In this document: piece after piece, positions 37,300 through 51,800 of the stretch | Position numbering within the stretch: position 1 is the first letter of the stretch | How the letters are laid out: every line of letters starts with the position of its first letter | NCBI GenBank assembly: GCA_036172245.1 | Contig: JAYWIR010000018.1 | Coordinates: 2,542,001-2,606,000, forward strand | DNA length: 64,000 nucleotides | Direction of reading: 5' to 3' | DNA from: Raillietiella orientalis | Taxonomy: Eukaryota | Notes under the pieces: model-generated | Told to the model about the DNA's origin: nothing | What the model saw: only the letters and a program-made list of their open reading frames with translations | Database searches by the model: none | Program-made: the position numbers and the translations under genes

Positions 37300-38600
37300 C
37301 GGGCGTCACCGAGCCCATCGCGCAGTGGGGAACCGCGCGGCCGGCGCACGATCTCGAACAGGGCCCGCCGAAAGGGTGGGTCGGGTTCGCTGCTCCGTGC
37401 CCCCGTCCTTCCTCCGTGTTGAGGGACGGCGGGCAGACTTTCCGTCCGCCCAATTCCGACGGTCTCCCGAGACGCTGCATCGGAACTGCGTCGCAAGAGC
37501 ATCCCGACTCCCCATATCCGTGTCCGCCCCTCCCCACAGGGCATGCTCATGCCTTCCTCTCTGCCGAACCTCTGCCACGTGCGAGCAGCGGTGATCGCCA
37601 GACGGGAAGGAAAGGTGTGACCGCAGACCGAGGGAACCACGAGGAATCCCCGCCCGATACGCTCATGCGAGGAGCGGAGCTACTGGGTCCAGAATGGGGA
37701 TCTGGACCGACACAGAGCCTCTGGGAGGGCGCTGCCAGGGACGGCAAAGGCGCCCTGACGTGCAGACGCAGCCCCATAGCCACTGGCACGGCTGTCCCTT
37801 GGGGAACTCGAAAATCTTCGGAGGCGGGAAGCCCTGGCACCCCTTCGTCCTCGGAACAGCCTCCGAATGAAGTCTCACGGTAGGACTGCCTCCAGGGGAG
37901 ATGTTGGAGGATCCGAAAAAATGGCTCCGCGCATCCGCCAGGCCCCGAGGCAAGAAAACGATCAGAGGGCGAACCGGCGGAGTGGGAGTTTCCCTTCACC
38001 CTGTGGGTGGACGGCGGCGGACCAGACTGGGCCTCACGGCCCCTGCGATGACATGAGCGCAACGACCCGCCCTCCGGGGTGACCGGTCAGGTCTCCCTCG
38101 GGAGAAACGCGGCGGTCCCTGCCTTGTGCCCGGACAGCTCCACGCTCCCTCCGCGCATCCGGAAACCGAGGGTAGTCTGTGCAGCGGGTTGCGCATCCGC
38201 GACCCGATGGGGAGAAGGGGGGAGCGAGGATAATTTCCCCCGAATTGTGCGAGGTCCGCGGAAGGGCGGGTGTCCTTCTGGACGGAAGCGCTGCCGTCTG
38301 TCCCCACAGGCAACCGGTCAGGGGCAGCGGCAGCCTTTCCTTCTTACCCGGATGGCAGCCCCAAGAGGTCCCGCGCGACGTTTCTTCGCCCGGGTCGGGT
38401 TCTCGCCGGCTTCTGTGGTGACGGTGCGCATCCAGGAGCTGCGTCTCCTGCCGACCGCCTCCGTGCTGCAGGAGGCGAGGTGATCCCTGGATGAATCCAA
38501 CCTCGGAAGGCGAGTGACATTTCCGGAAGCGCGCAAGGACTGAGGGGAAGAACCGGGGCTCGATGATACCTCTCCCTCCTCTATTATTTATTTTTATTAT
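37300..38600 (+). mobile_element. Compacted LINE remnant (ORF1 to ORF2 C-terminus)
   Basis: 'SVPPSFLRVEGRRADF' (ORF1-like) and 'RRFFARVGFS' (C-terminal motif shared with other copies), ending in an AT-rich tract. Confidence 0.4.
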
Positions 38601-40989
38601 ATTAATGGAATGAGGGGATGAAAAGGTCACGCGCAAGTGTTTACTATTAAAAATACTAACACTACTACTAAGAAGAAGAAGAATAGTCATAAATGGTGCG
38701 ACACGTTGCCACACGAGTTGCCACACGAGTCGAATAGTCCACAAAGTCGCCAGTCTGATGGCCAGCTGCACAGGAAAGCTTAAATGCACCAGTGATTTCA
38801 TCTCAGCCGGCCTCATCTTCCCAGCCTCGCGCCGTGTGTTTGGGTATCACTTCTTGTCGCGCCGTCCAGACGACCGCAGCACGCATGAAAGGAGGACGTC
38901 CAGCGACGGTTGCGAGACCCGAAGATCCTGCGCCACACGCCCGTTCGAGGGCCATCGGACTTTTCCTTGGAAGAGACGAAAGAGAACGGCAGCGAACCAG
39001 CCACCACGTCCTCCACGCGCGCCAGCCAGCACAGGGAGCGTTGCCGCGGCGACGGAGGAAGAGGAGGACTTGGCGTCTCGAAGCGTGCGTCCTCGCAAGC
39101 ACGGTTTGGTCTCCGACGAGCAAATCGGATCCGGCAGAGTCGTCTGCAGACTCCGCTCGAAGCCGCCACCCCCCGAATGAGTGGAACGCGCTGCTCCGGC
39201 TTGTTTGGCAGGGCTGGCAAGGGCCTTCACGCTCCGCGAGCGTAGAGCTTTGTCACCATGATCTCCTAATAAAAAGGAGATGCGAGGAAACGGGGCTGGA
39301 GCTTTCTCCCGGTTCCTGCCGAGCCACCGCCCGCCATTTTCAGGACGCTCAGATGACTGGGGAAGCTTCGAAGTTGCGCCGTCCGAGCTACTGGCAGTAC
39401 ATGGGAGCTGCACAGCTGCAGCTCGCAACTGGTAGACGGCAGACGCGGATGAACCGAGGTGTGGATTTCAAATCTCCAGCTCCTTTCGATTTCGCTCAAA
39501 CCTTCGCTTCAGATGCTGCCTGGGTTCGCAGGCTGGATGAGCGTCTCGTCCCGGGAACGTTCCAGAAAGCATTTCTCCCTCCCTCTATGGGCACATTTTG
39601 TCCGGGAGAGGCCACGCACAAACCGATGGCGAATCCTTCCGTTACGGCTAAGTCTCGGCATTTTCTTCTGTTTTTTTTAACAAGAAAAAAACTCACTGAG
39701 ATCTGTCATTGGTAGAACCGATTTACAGTGGCGATTCAGACTTGCCACCTATCGAGACGTTAATGATATGTTGGCCAGACGTAACCAGAATGATTAAGAA
39801 TTGCATGGCATTCGTGAAGAGGGAATGACCTTCTCGTGACGCATAGGCAGCAACTTTGCGGATGGAATCCGGGAAGACCAAGGAGCCTCTCCTGAGAATG
39901 GGAAAGTCGATCGGTTCGATTCCGACGTGATTGAAATGCCTGAGAAAGTTGATATCACTGGCTGATTTGTGGGGCCCTGAAAAAATGAAAGTTAACGGGA
40001 GTGGCCGCATTAAAGCAGGAACTCGGAATCGGGGGAAACGTCTTGTGAGAAGAATACCCGGAGCGAGCAGGCACTGCAGGACGAATGGAAATTCGGAAAG
40101 TGTCCGATGAGGACCGTCTGGTCCAAGAAGGAGGAAGCTTCTTTCGCTGCACGCGGTGCGCGCGGATGTGATGGTGTTGCGCGTTTACTCTGCCCCCTCG
40201 TGGAGCGCAATTTCTTAGGGAACTGGTATCAAAATCCACTCATGTATCAATGAATGTAACAAGGCACATCTGATGATGTATAAGTGACTTGCTTGAGGAC
40301 TGTTTAAGAAAAATGGCAAAATCCATTCATCTCGAATGACGACTTGAACATCCATAGTGAGCAGGAGATAACGAGCGAGTTCTTTGCTCGGGAAAGAAAG
40401 GAGACCGTTGTCTTGAAAGAAAGGTCAAAGAAAGGTCACCTCCGAACACGCAAGGGATGCTGTCAAGAAGCACGCAACGTCAGGGAACTCCGTTCTTCTC
40501 TTCTCGCGCAGCACGGGATCCGTACGGAGTCCAGGGACCGTGGTTCTTGCAGGCGGCCACTTCCCAGTTCCCTCCTCCAAATCTCCGCCTCCGACCGGTG
40601 GATAGGCGCGTCCTGTAGCCGAGTGCGCGTGAGGGAGTGCCGCGGGGACCGAATAGGCGCCTGAGGCAGGTCTCACCCCAAACTCGACATCCTCTGCAGC
40701 TGCAATCTGGCTTCAGCGTTGTTGAGTCGAGCAGACTGGGAAAATTGCGATCCGAAACGGCCTCGCCTTTCTGAGGGGAAAAGGTAGCCCGATCCAACGC
40801 ACGACATGACTTTCTTCCCCTGGTCCCTGTGTTGTCATAAATCACTCCACGCCTGCCTGCGCTGAAGGTCACAGACACTCGATGCCAACTTTCCCCCTCG
40901 TGGTCACATCGAATGCTCCGACGACGACGACAAAGACCTACGGCCTCTCTAGGGACCTGGCTGGTCACGGACAGCTAGGTCCCTAGAGC

Positions 40990-41730
40990 GTGGAGCTAGA
41001 TGACATCATCCAACGCAGGCGGGACATATTCCGGACGCAGAGATCACAATATCCCGTCGATCGCGCCCCACGGACCTATGCATTCGAAACACCGGAAGGT
41101 ACACCTTTGCCCCGGCAGAACGCCAACGCTCGAGCAAGCTGGCGCGGCCGAGAAAGAACCGACCGCAGGTTCGAACCGCGCGTGGGGTGAACCGTCTGTG
41201 CAACGCGGTCAGCCCAACACAGAGCACCGCCCCCCTTGAAGATCTGCTGCTCACTCCCCTTTGCATACGAAAGGAAGCAGATTTCCGGCACGAAACAAGA
41301 GTGATGTGAGACGTATACCTAAGTATCAGTGGAGGACACGCAAAGGTACTTGATTAATGTAACTGGCGTCCATGTGAAGAGACATCTTCCGATGCAGTTC
41401 GGTGTGCAAACTTCGCCTCAGACTCGGAACTGAGGACACCCTGAGTAAACAACCAAAGTTACGAATGCCAAAGATGACTTATGGGCGAGAAGAACTGGGA
41501 GTGTGAAAGGATTTAATTCAACTTTTGCGAGGGTAAGGCTCTCACCCACCTTGTCGAAATCGCGAGCAGCCATCATGTCTACTCAAACGGAGAAAAGGTC
41601 AACTCAAAGTAGCATGCATGCCACAATCCATAAACTATGGTAGAACAAACAGCGAAGTGATTTCCACCTATGCGAACGCTCTGTTCCTCAAGGTGTTCCG
41701 CCTATGCGGAACAGAACGTTTCTTCTTTTT
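40990..41730 (+). mobile_element. Ty3/Gypsy LTR retrotransposon pol remnant (pre-RT, RT, RNase H)
   Basis: 'ELDDIIQRRRDIF...GEPS' pre-RT, 'MQFGVQTSPQT' at 41392 (MPFGLxxAPxT), 'QSINYGRTNSEV...FRLCGTERF' (RNase H NYSxTExE...FxxYLxGxxF), in order. Confidence 0.5.
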
Positions 41731-43942
41731 TCGAAGAAGCAAAACTCCCACGCACCCGAAATTCCCGAGAGCGAAGACGGAGCAGGATGCGCAGCTATGA
41801 AACGCTGAGACCTTCTCTGGCTTCCGCGCACGAAATCACCAGCATCACTTTGCTGACGTCTGGCGCGTTCGAATCGAAAGGGCACTCCCAAAAAAACCGT
41901 GGATGGGTGCCCGAAGAAAGCAGCCGCAGATTCGGATGCGATGGGACTCGAAAAGACCTTGACCGTTTCGTGGCTCGAAGAGCCCACTCCCTTAACCGGC
42001 ACGGTCAGGGGAGGCAGCCCAAACGGCAAAAGTCGCGTTTTCCCATGCAGTTGCCTTCCTTGCGGGAACCAAGGTTTCTGCTCCTCTTCGGACGAACCGT
42101 CAGCGAGACTGTGCATCATACATTGCTTCGTTTCGACATTTCTCGCTTTCTCCATTTCCATTGTATTCATTTTTCCGAGATGCGAGTCCAAACCTCCATC
42201 TCCATTGGATTCCCCAAAGAGTTTCCCGCTTTAGACATCGGTTGTTTTGCTTTTATCGGAAACCTTGAGCTTTTAATTACACGCTCTAGGAAAATTCAGA
42301 GCGATGAACAGCATCTGCAAGTTAATTTTTAATCAAGGAAGTGCAATGCAATCGAATGGAGCAAAATTACTTTAGAAGTCTCCCGAATAAGCACCTGACC
42401 AAGCCTCTAATTACGCTCACAACAGGGGCGTTCGACGAAAAGAATCCTGGAATCCTGGAGACCAGCTGGGATTCCAAACGGAGTGGATACATCCGGAGAC
42501 AGAGGTGGAGACGCAATGGGAAGAAACAGGGAAAAGGCAGCCAAAAACAGCCAGGTGTAATGGAGAGTTTCTTAAAAGGAGAACGACGACTTTTTATCAA
42601 CTTCAACTGAACAAACGTGGCAGTGGCAGCTCGCCAATTCGTACTTTTGTCTCCGCTCTTGTGCGGGGAGGAGGAGGGCAAAAGAGAACAAACAAAAGAC
42701 TCCGAGAGGAAACAGATTGGTTCCAGACACCTCTTTGTTCTGCAGCAACGAAACCTCTTCCAGCTTGATTTCTTCCTTACGTGCGCTTTGCACGATTCCT
42801 CGTTACCCAATTCACTCGCCCAATGTCAGGGCCCTGCTCACGCGCAGCCACTTTGCGGGCTTTTCCCTCCAAGTTGCAGGGTCGAAGTTCCTTCGCTGGC
42901 CAGGGTTTCCGTGCTGCACTGATCACACGCCCTTTCGTAACATCCGAGCAGATGACCCGCTCCAATGCGATGCGGGCGCTTCGTAGGCTCAGAAGGAAGG
43001 AAGGAAGAGGTAGGGAAAGGTGTCCCCAGCATCGGACCGGGCGAAGGGGTTCTTGACCGATGGCAGAATCCGTTGCCAACGGCAGGGAGGCTGATGAACC
43101 ACGATCCCCACTCACCATAGGGCGTGCGACTGTCGGGAACAGGGCTTTCGGGCACTGGGGCAACATGTTAAATGGAACTCTTTCTCCGAGGGAAACACAA
43201 GCGAATCTTGCAGAGGCCGCTTCAAACGGCAGGCGGCCGTTGCAAACGACTCTTTCTCTTGGAGAGCAAAAGGCCTCCTTCATCATCCCGAAGTACGTTC
43301 GCTGTCGATGCAAAAGGACTTTTCCGATGGGTTTCCGCAGCGAACGACTCATCCCTGCCTCCTCCCTTCCACGACAGATCCGGAAATGGCAGGCCCATCA
43401 ACACAAGAGGTACGTGAAGAACCGACACTCAACAAAGCGATCAACGGTCGGAAGCAAACAAACACATTAATGCGGGACCAGGGCTCCTACGCGCCATTCG
43501 CTCGGGGGAGGGGGGAAGAAGCTACTCGATGAAGATGTTCGGAGGGATGGAGATGGGCCCCGAGGCGAGAAAGCCAAGCATCATCAAAGGCAATGATACG
43601 CAACTAACACGGAAGAGAATGCATGCAAATCCTGGGGGTGGGATGGGGGCCACAACAACAACGTGTCGCCAACACGTCCGAAATGATCGATCCGCCGACA
43701 CTTCCATGGATGCAGCTCTGGGGTCTAGCGAGCTCCGAGAAGGCAATTCCACTGCCAAGGAGCAACGCTGGTCGAAAAGGAACCTGAAAATGAATCGCGG
43801 CACAGCACACTGAATGATTCCAGAATCAATCGCACTTCCGAAAGAGGCAGGGGGAGGGGGGAACTGGAAGAAAACATCCCGGGTAATGCTGAAGCACAGC
43901 TCATGGAGCAATTACGATCAGCAAACTCATCATGACTGACCA

Positions 43943-43948
43943 TTTATT
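43943..43948 (-). promoter_or_regulatory. Polyadenylation signal AATAAA of the R3HCC1L-like gene
   Basis: AATAAA on the minus strand ~170 nt downstream of the stop codon at 44115. Confidence 0.5.
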
Positions 43949-44114
43949 GTACACTGGCTTGCGGAACGGAAAAAACGTCATCATCGCAAACATCAATCGC
44001 AATATATATCCCGATTTGCGAAAAGGCTTTACGTCTAAAAATTTTTTTTTTTTTTTAAAAAAAAAAAAGGGGGGGCAGGGGTCTCGACACAGTCCTTGTT
44101 GACAACATCGAAAT

Positions 44115-45693
<1,579 letters not shown>

Positions 45694-46070
45694 CTACGAC
45701 AGAAAAAGGAGATAGCTTTAGAGATACTATGGAAGACAACCTTCGGTTTCAATCTGAAATACAAAGTTAGGATCAAATGGCAACTGAAGTGGCATCCCAC
45801 TCTTGGCAGATTTTCAATCTGCCATGGCAGGTCTTTTCCTCATTTGTGGTTTTCAAAAGTGTGCTTATGGCTTTACTGACCGTTTCTTTCTACGGAGAAT
45901 TGAACTTCAGCGCGAACTTTTGGCAGCAAAAGTAACGGAGATCATAACAACAACAAAAATTGTATTCTCGCGAAGAATTTTCCCATCGGCCAAAGTCGCA
46001 AGGACGGATCCCAATATCATGAGTGACTTTGAATGAAATTCTTTTCACAATCAGATCAGTGACTCAAAAT

Positions 46071-46090
46071 ACACACACACACACACACAC
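46071..46090 (+). repeat. (AC)10 microsatellite
   Basis: Seen directly. Confidence 0.9.
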
Positions 46091-47499
46091 TACAAGGGAA
46101 AACAAAAGATTACAAGCAAAAGAACGGAGTGCGGCTGAGTTGGAAGCTTTCTTTCGGAATGGGCGCTTCAAGATCGATCACCCACAAAACGGGTGGAAGA
46201 CCGTTCTGAACCAAAGGCAAAAGTGCGGTCGGAGAAACGGGATCCAGTGCCAGGATAGCATGCTACAAAACAAGCACTTTTCAGAAACATTTGCGAAAGC
46301 TGACACGCACAGTTGAAGACGGAAACCGGCGGAACGGTGAAAACGCAATCTGCAAAAACAAAAAAAAAAAAAAAAAACATCGATTTGAAATTTGGCGAAA
46401 GAACCAAACGAGTACTGATCAATCAAAGGACCACTTGAGGGCTGCAATGGTCAAGAATCTTATTAAAGATACGATCCGATTTACGACGAAAGCGTGAGTC
46501 TTACGTAAGCGGCGGCGGATACGTGGGAAGGCAGGAAAAACTGAAGAGCAGAAGAAAAAACGCACGAGCCCAAGCAGAAACGCGCTCAAATGACAGCGAA
46601 AAAAGACTGAAGCTTTAGGGTGAGATGACACGAAGATTCGCTGGTCGGATGATTCTGATCGATACATTTGTAGGCACCTCTGCCAAATTTTTACCAGAGA
46701 CAGCTGTTATGAAGTTCCTGAGAGAGTGATGCTTCGAGTATCGTCTACCGATGTTCCTTTTTTAAAAAATAAATAAGATGTTAAAGATAATCTTTTATAC
46801 TGGGAAAAAAAACGGAATTCGAATTATACAAAGGTTTTTATTGAGTAATAAGGAATAACCACTCAATAGGGAGCATGTCCCTACGGCGGTTGTCACAAGG
46901 AAGCGGAAGAAATCGACGAGTGTCCGTCGAGTCTTTGGCATGAAGAATTTTGCAGAAGCAAAAAGAACTCGATCGATAAAGCCCAACTGATCAGAAAAAT
47001 CATCTGAGAAACCATCACCGTGACATTTGTTTTGACGAAAAGGGGGTCCCCAAAAGCGGAGGCGCAGGGCGTGCACAGAAGAATCGCATGGAAATGCAAG
47101 TCCTAGTAAAGGCTCTCTGGTGCTTCTGTAAGGAAGAACCGTTTGAGTGGTAGTCAAGTTATTTGGCCGCTAGACAATAACCCTGGCACGCATAGCATGT
47201 GCTATATCTGTCAAGGTCAGTGGAAAAACGATCATGCAAGAGAAGATTCGTGTTTGTTAGATTACGGAACGGAAATCTATAATTCAAGTGCAGCGGAAAT
47301 CTCATTTTATTTTATTGCTTGCGAGAGAGCCTGCAAATTAACTGATCGCAGAAAAAGCAGTTCATGGAAACTAGAAGCATCCCCAGAAATCAATAAGCAC
47401 AAGAAGGAGACCCTAGATTATAAGACATTAAGATTATAAGACAGATCATGAATGTGTTTTTGCATCTTTGCAGCTCTTGTGGGCAGCCATAAAATTGAT

Positions 47500-48830
47500 T
47501 CGAGAAGTTCTACCTAGTTGCGAGAAAGTTGGACACGATTCTGGGGAGATGCGCTCCGCAGACTGCACGGAGAGCCCAAACTGTTGAAAAGATGGCCGTC
47601 ACTCACGAATTGACTTATTTGTCTCTCCATCTCTCTACGGAGCACGAGATCTGAGAAGGACGGAATGCATAATGTGAATCATCTCTCGTTTCACAAGCAA
47701 AAGCAAAACACCGGTCTATTTTTTAGGTATTTATGGAGAAGAAGGCAACTGCAGATGAGGTGCGAGTAAACATGCCGGTAAACTTTTGCTCACTCGGTCC
47801 ACAAGAATTTCATCTATTCGGCAAGGAGGATGCGGATTCAATCTCGAAATCGGTGATCTCCTTGGCAAACGGGTATTAAGAGGGAAAACTGCGAGTGGAA
47901 ATGCAATCACCTGATACCCTCAGTCACTGAGGCACAAATTCCTCTTGGTGTTTCGTTTAGGAATCATATCGAAAGGCGCGAAAGTCTGTCAAGGAAAGCG
48001 GCGCATCGCGACCTGCAGGAATTTCATACACGATGGCGTTCGCAAGGCGATTCATCTCGGCGTTTTGGCGTGAAAATCGGCCGGACCTACTTTGCGACAG
48101 CGACGCACTCAAATCAGCGAGCAAGGGAAAACGTGTAATTCCTCAAGAGAAATACAAAGGAGGAAAGGAAATTTACCAAATGAATAAAAACACTGATATA
48201 CACTGCCACGCACTCGACTACGGGAGTGAACGCACAGTGGTCCACGGTGGGGGGAAAAGACATCACCTCCGGAAATCGAGAGGCTGGAATTCGATTTTTC
48301 GAGTTTGCAAGGAGGCGTGCTAAGAAGTTCATCCCGTATAGGGTTGCGTATCTGGTCATACTCCTGGTTGTGGCCTCAGGTCAAACCATCACGACTGAAT
48401 TTGCTTCCCATTTTCTCTAATATTAGCAAACCACTTCCTCCCTAAGGATCATACCGCGGCAAAAGATTGTTCAATACCGGAAAAACAAAAAAAGATTGAA
48501 ACCTGCAACAAAACAGCAGGCACTTGCATACCGGAAACTTAAGCACGATGATCCGGAAAGTCAATTCGCATTGAACTACTGACAGTAGAAAAGAAAAGGG
48601 TAAAAAAAATCTTTCTTTGGCTTCGTTACAAAAATATAGAAAATGAGGAATGAAGAAAGCGGCCACGGACGACAGAAGGAAATAGTTTCAGTGTAGTATT
48701 CATCAGGCAAACCTACTGGAAAACAAGTGCACCTGGATAATGGAGCGAGATCGGATTCATCTGTCAGAGAGATCTCTTCGAATAGGCAGTGGCACAAAAC
48801 CCCGACTTTCAGCGAAAATATCCAACCGAG
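47500..48830 (+). mobile_element. Possible very old LTR retrotransposon remnant (gag knuckle and integrase)
   Basis: 'SCEKVGHDS' at 47516 (CCHC-like), 'LQEFH...ISAFW', 'EIVSV*YSSGKPTGKQVHLDNG' (48721; integrase xxxSDNG-like). Confidence 0.3.
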
Positions 48831-51800
48831 CTTGGCGCCCTCGACCCCTGAGTAGGTTTCCCTGACTGCCTAAGGGTGCTGAGGTGGCTGAAGTCGCCGA
48901 GGGTTAACGAAAATCGAATTCACAGATAATCTGACGCGGTACTTCGCTCGCATCCGTGACCCATCTCGTGAAGGAAATGTAAAGCAAGGGGCTCTTTGGG
49001 CTAAGAACCTAAATTCCGTCACACACACGTGACGTGGAGTGGTGCATGAGGACACATGGATACGTGCACACAGAAACACGATATGGATGCAACTGGGCTG
49101 CAAGTACAGTGAAATCTCAAATTTTCCAAATTCCCAACCGTTTTAACAGAGGGCACATGTCCATTACAATTTAATTTTTCCTTACCATATTCTAGTACAT
49201 TGTATGTCTGTTAACATTCTAAGTGTGTGTACTATTCATGAATGAAACCACATTTTCAATTCTCTCTCTCAAAGATATACAAGTATTCTTTCATCCAGGT
49301 GTACTATAAGCACAGAAAATTAGATGCATATCGAAAGTTTTCATGTGACATAATACATGTTAATAATAATTCTTCACGAAATTAAATTAAATATTCGTGT
49401 GATCTAAAACATATAAATAACATACAATTTCAATCGATTTCATCCGACATACGAATATTATTTTACAATATAAATATTGAAAACTAAATTTTCAATTCTT
49501 TCGACAAATCACGCACTGCAATTGAATCCAACTTATCATACCATAATATGGTATACGTTATGTATTTATCAATTTTCCAAACATCATTTTAAAACATTTG
49601 CAAACGTTTGGATGCAAGTGTAAACAGCTATCTAAAGAAATAATTTTGGGTAGTTCAAGAATCAGGCAATAAAATTACTGAAGACACTGAGAATCAGTGG
49701 TACACGGAAACGTATTTAATGGAGAATTCAACAAACCGCGGACTTTGAAAATATCCATACACTACAACGAAATACTACACATCAATAATAATCGAAAATC
49801 TACATTACTTTTTCGAATCTTTTCACCATTCCGTGATTTAGGAGTATTTAAAATGGGATCCATTTTCCTCCAACCAGCTTCATTCATGACTTTCGGATCC
49901 ACTCCATTTCTACAAACGAGAAAAAAGAAAAGTTTAAAACATAGGTACAGATGCAAGAAAAAGAAAAACGCATTCATCAGAGTGCCTACGCACCAAAGCA
50001 CATTAACGTAAAGCAAAACACGGCAACTGCAAGATCCATGAATAGAAAAGCACGACGAAAAACGGGATGACAAGATGAAAAAAAAAAAAAAGACTTGAAC
50101 TTAAAATGGAACGAAGTAGTTGGTGACAAAGGTGAGATCACTTTGCGTATGCTGGTGATCAACTAAATAGCATATAAACCACTAAAAACGGTGAGCAGAA
50201 CATCCAGAGATCCTTTGTTTCCCACCAGCTCTTCTGAACGTACAACGTACCAATCCAGCCCCAATCATCATCACGGTACACGCGAAGCAACTGCCATGTC
50301 AGGCGGGTGCAAAACAAAGAGTTATCTTTGTCTACATCCGACGACCACCTTTTGCATGCCCACGATATCTGGCCACGGCCACTATGCAACGAAACTTCAT
50401 CCTCCTCCGGAAGCGTTGGTTTTCCGATGCATGACGATAAAATCGCGCGGACGAGCCAAATGCTGAATATCTCGCACTGTGCGAAACGCCGCGAAGGACG
50501 AAGGCAGCCCACCGGGATGCGTCATCATCCCGAAACTGCTGCTACCTCCGCGGACTCGGCTGAGACTCTTCGCTTCCGAAATGTCTCCATCGACTTTCAC
50601 TTTTCCCATTTTCCAGACGGAAGAAGTTTGCGACCGGAAGCGCTTGAAGACACTCCCTGGACGTCAAGGGGATAAAACGAAAAATGAAAAAAGTAAAAGG
50701 AGGGAATCTCGGGATTCTTCCCACACGGTGATCCCGTGAACAGCGTTTGCCACGGAACGCACCGCGACCACAAATTTGCGCGGGCATAATTCTCCGGTAG
50801 CCACCACTGCTTCCGCGTTTGGCCGTACGCGGCGAGTACTACGATGGGATGCGCAGCTTCTCGGTAAATCTGATACCTGCATCAAACTAGTCGTGGAGAT
50901 GGAGGGGCTTCGCTTTTCGTGTTTCTTTGTTCACAATTCAGTCACGCTATAAAAATCAGAAACGAATCAGCAGGTGGACTCCGCCCGTTCTTACGCAACT
51001 CTACCAGACGCGTCCCTGCAAGACCGAATGGCCGGACAAACGAACCGAACGCTGAAAGCCCGTCATGCCCACTCGAACTTTTTTAACACGGACGTCAGAT
51101 GTATCCCTTCGCGATGTGCAGCAACAGCTCAAAAACGCTGCTGACGCCTTTGAGACCGACTGATAGAATTCCACTCTAAAGAGCTGACATACCACCGTGT
51201 GCGCGTTTACATGAGTAAACGCTCGGCAGAAGAAACAACCGGCTGAGATGCGACATATCTCATAATCTATTGCTGTTCGTGCATGAGCAGTACAAGGAAC
51301 CCTTCCCGGGCGACGAAAATTACTATGCAGATGCTTTTCCTGATGTGTATTTCGACGTACTGACTTTGGTCAAAGTGACTTTCAGAAACCCAGCAGACTT
51401 GAATCGACTACCGGACAGTTGGCGGCAGCTCACTATTTTAGAAGCACGAAAGTTTCACTGTAATCGTAATATAAAAAATCAGTGCTACTACGAATAACGG
51501 ACTGATAGCCCGATCGTAGTGAAAATGATTCCAAACAGTCCACGCATTGAGCACAGATATATCTTCTTACATTTCCTGTTCCTCCTCTATGAGGAGCCGG
51601 GGAACCGTATATCAAAGTCAGAGTGGGGACTAAACCTGCTTCATGTGCTGGGAACATATACCTTAAGTGCATCAGACCTTAACACAACCAGATGGAATGC
51701 AAATCCTTGCCTCCTACACGCTGGACCGGGAGAAGACGAATGTAGCGCACTCTACGCGTGCCCCCGATAAGAACACTTCTTATCTATCCATACGGAATTC

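Noticed and set aside
34078..39715. Long ORFs such as 34078-35127, 38034-38816 and 38792-39715 (also 8240-9148, 10041-10817) as real genes
   Set aside because: Arg/Pro/Gly/Ser-rich text typical of GC-rich non-coding DNA, overlapping ORFs in several frames, mostly coinciding with TE remnants, and no recognisable domains.
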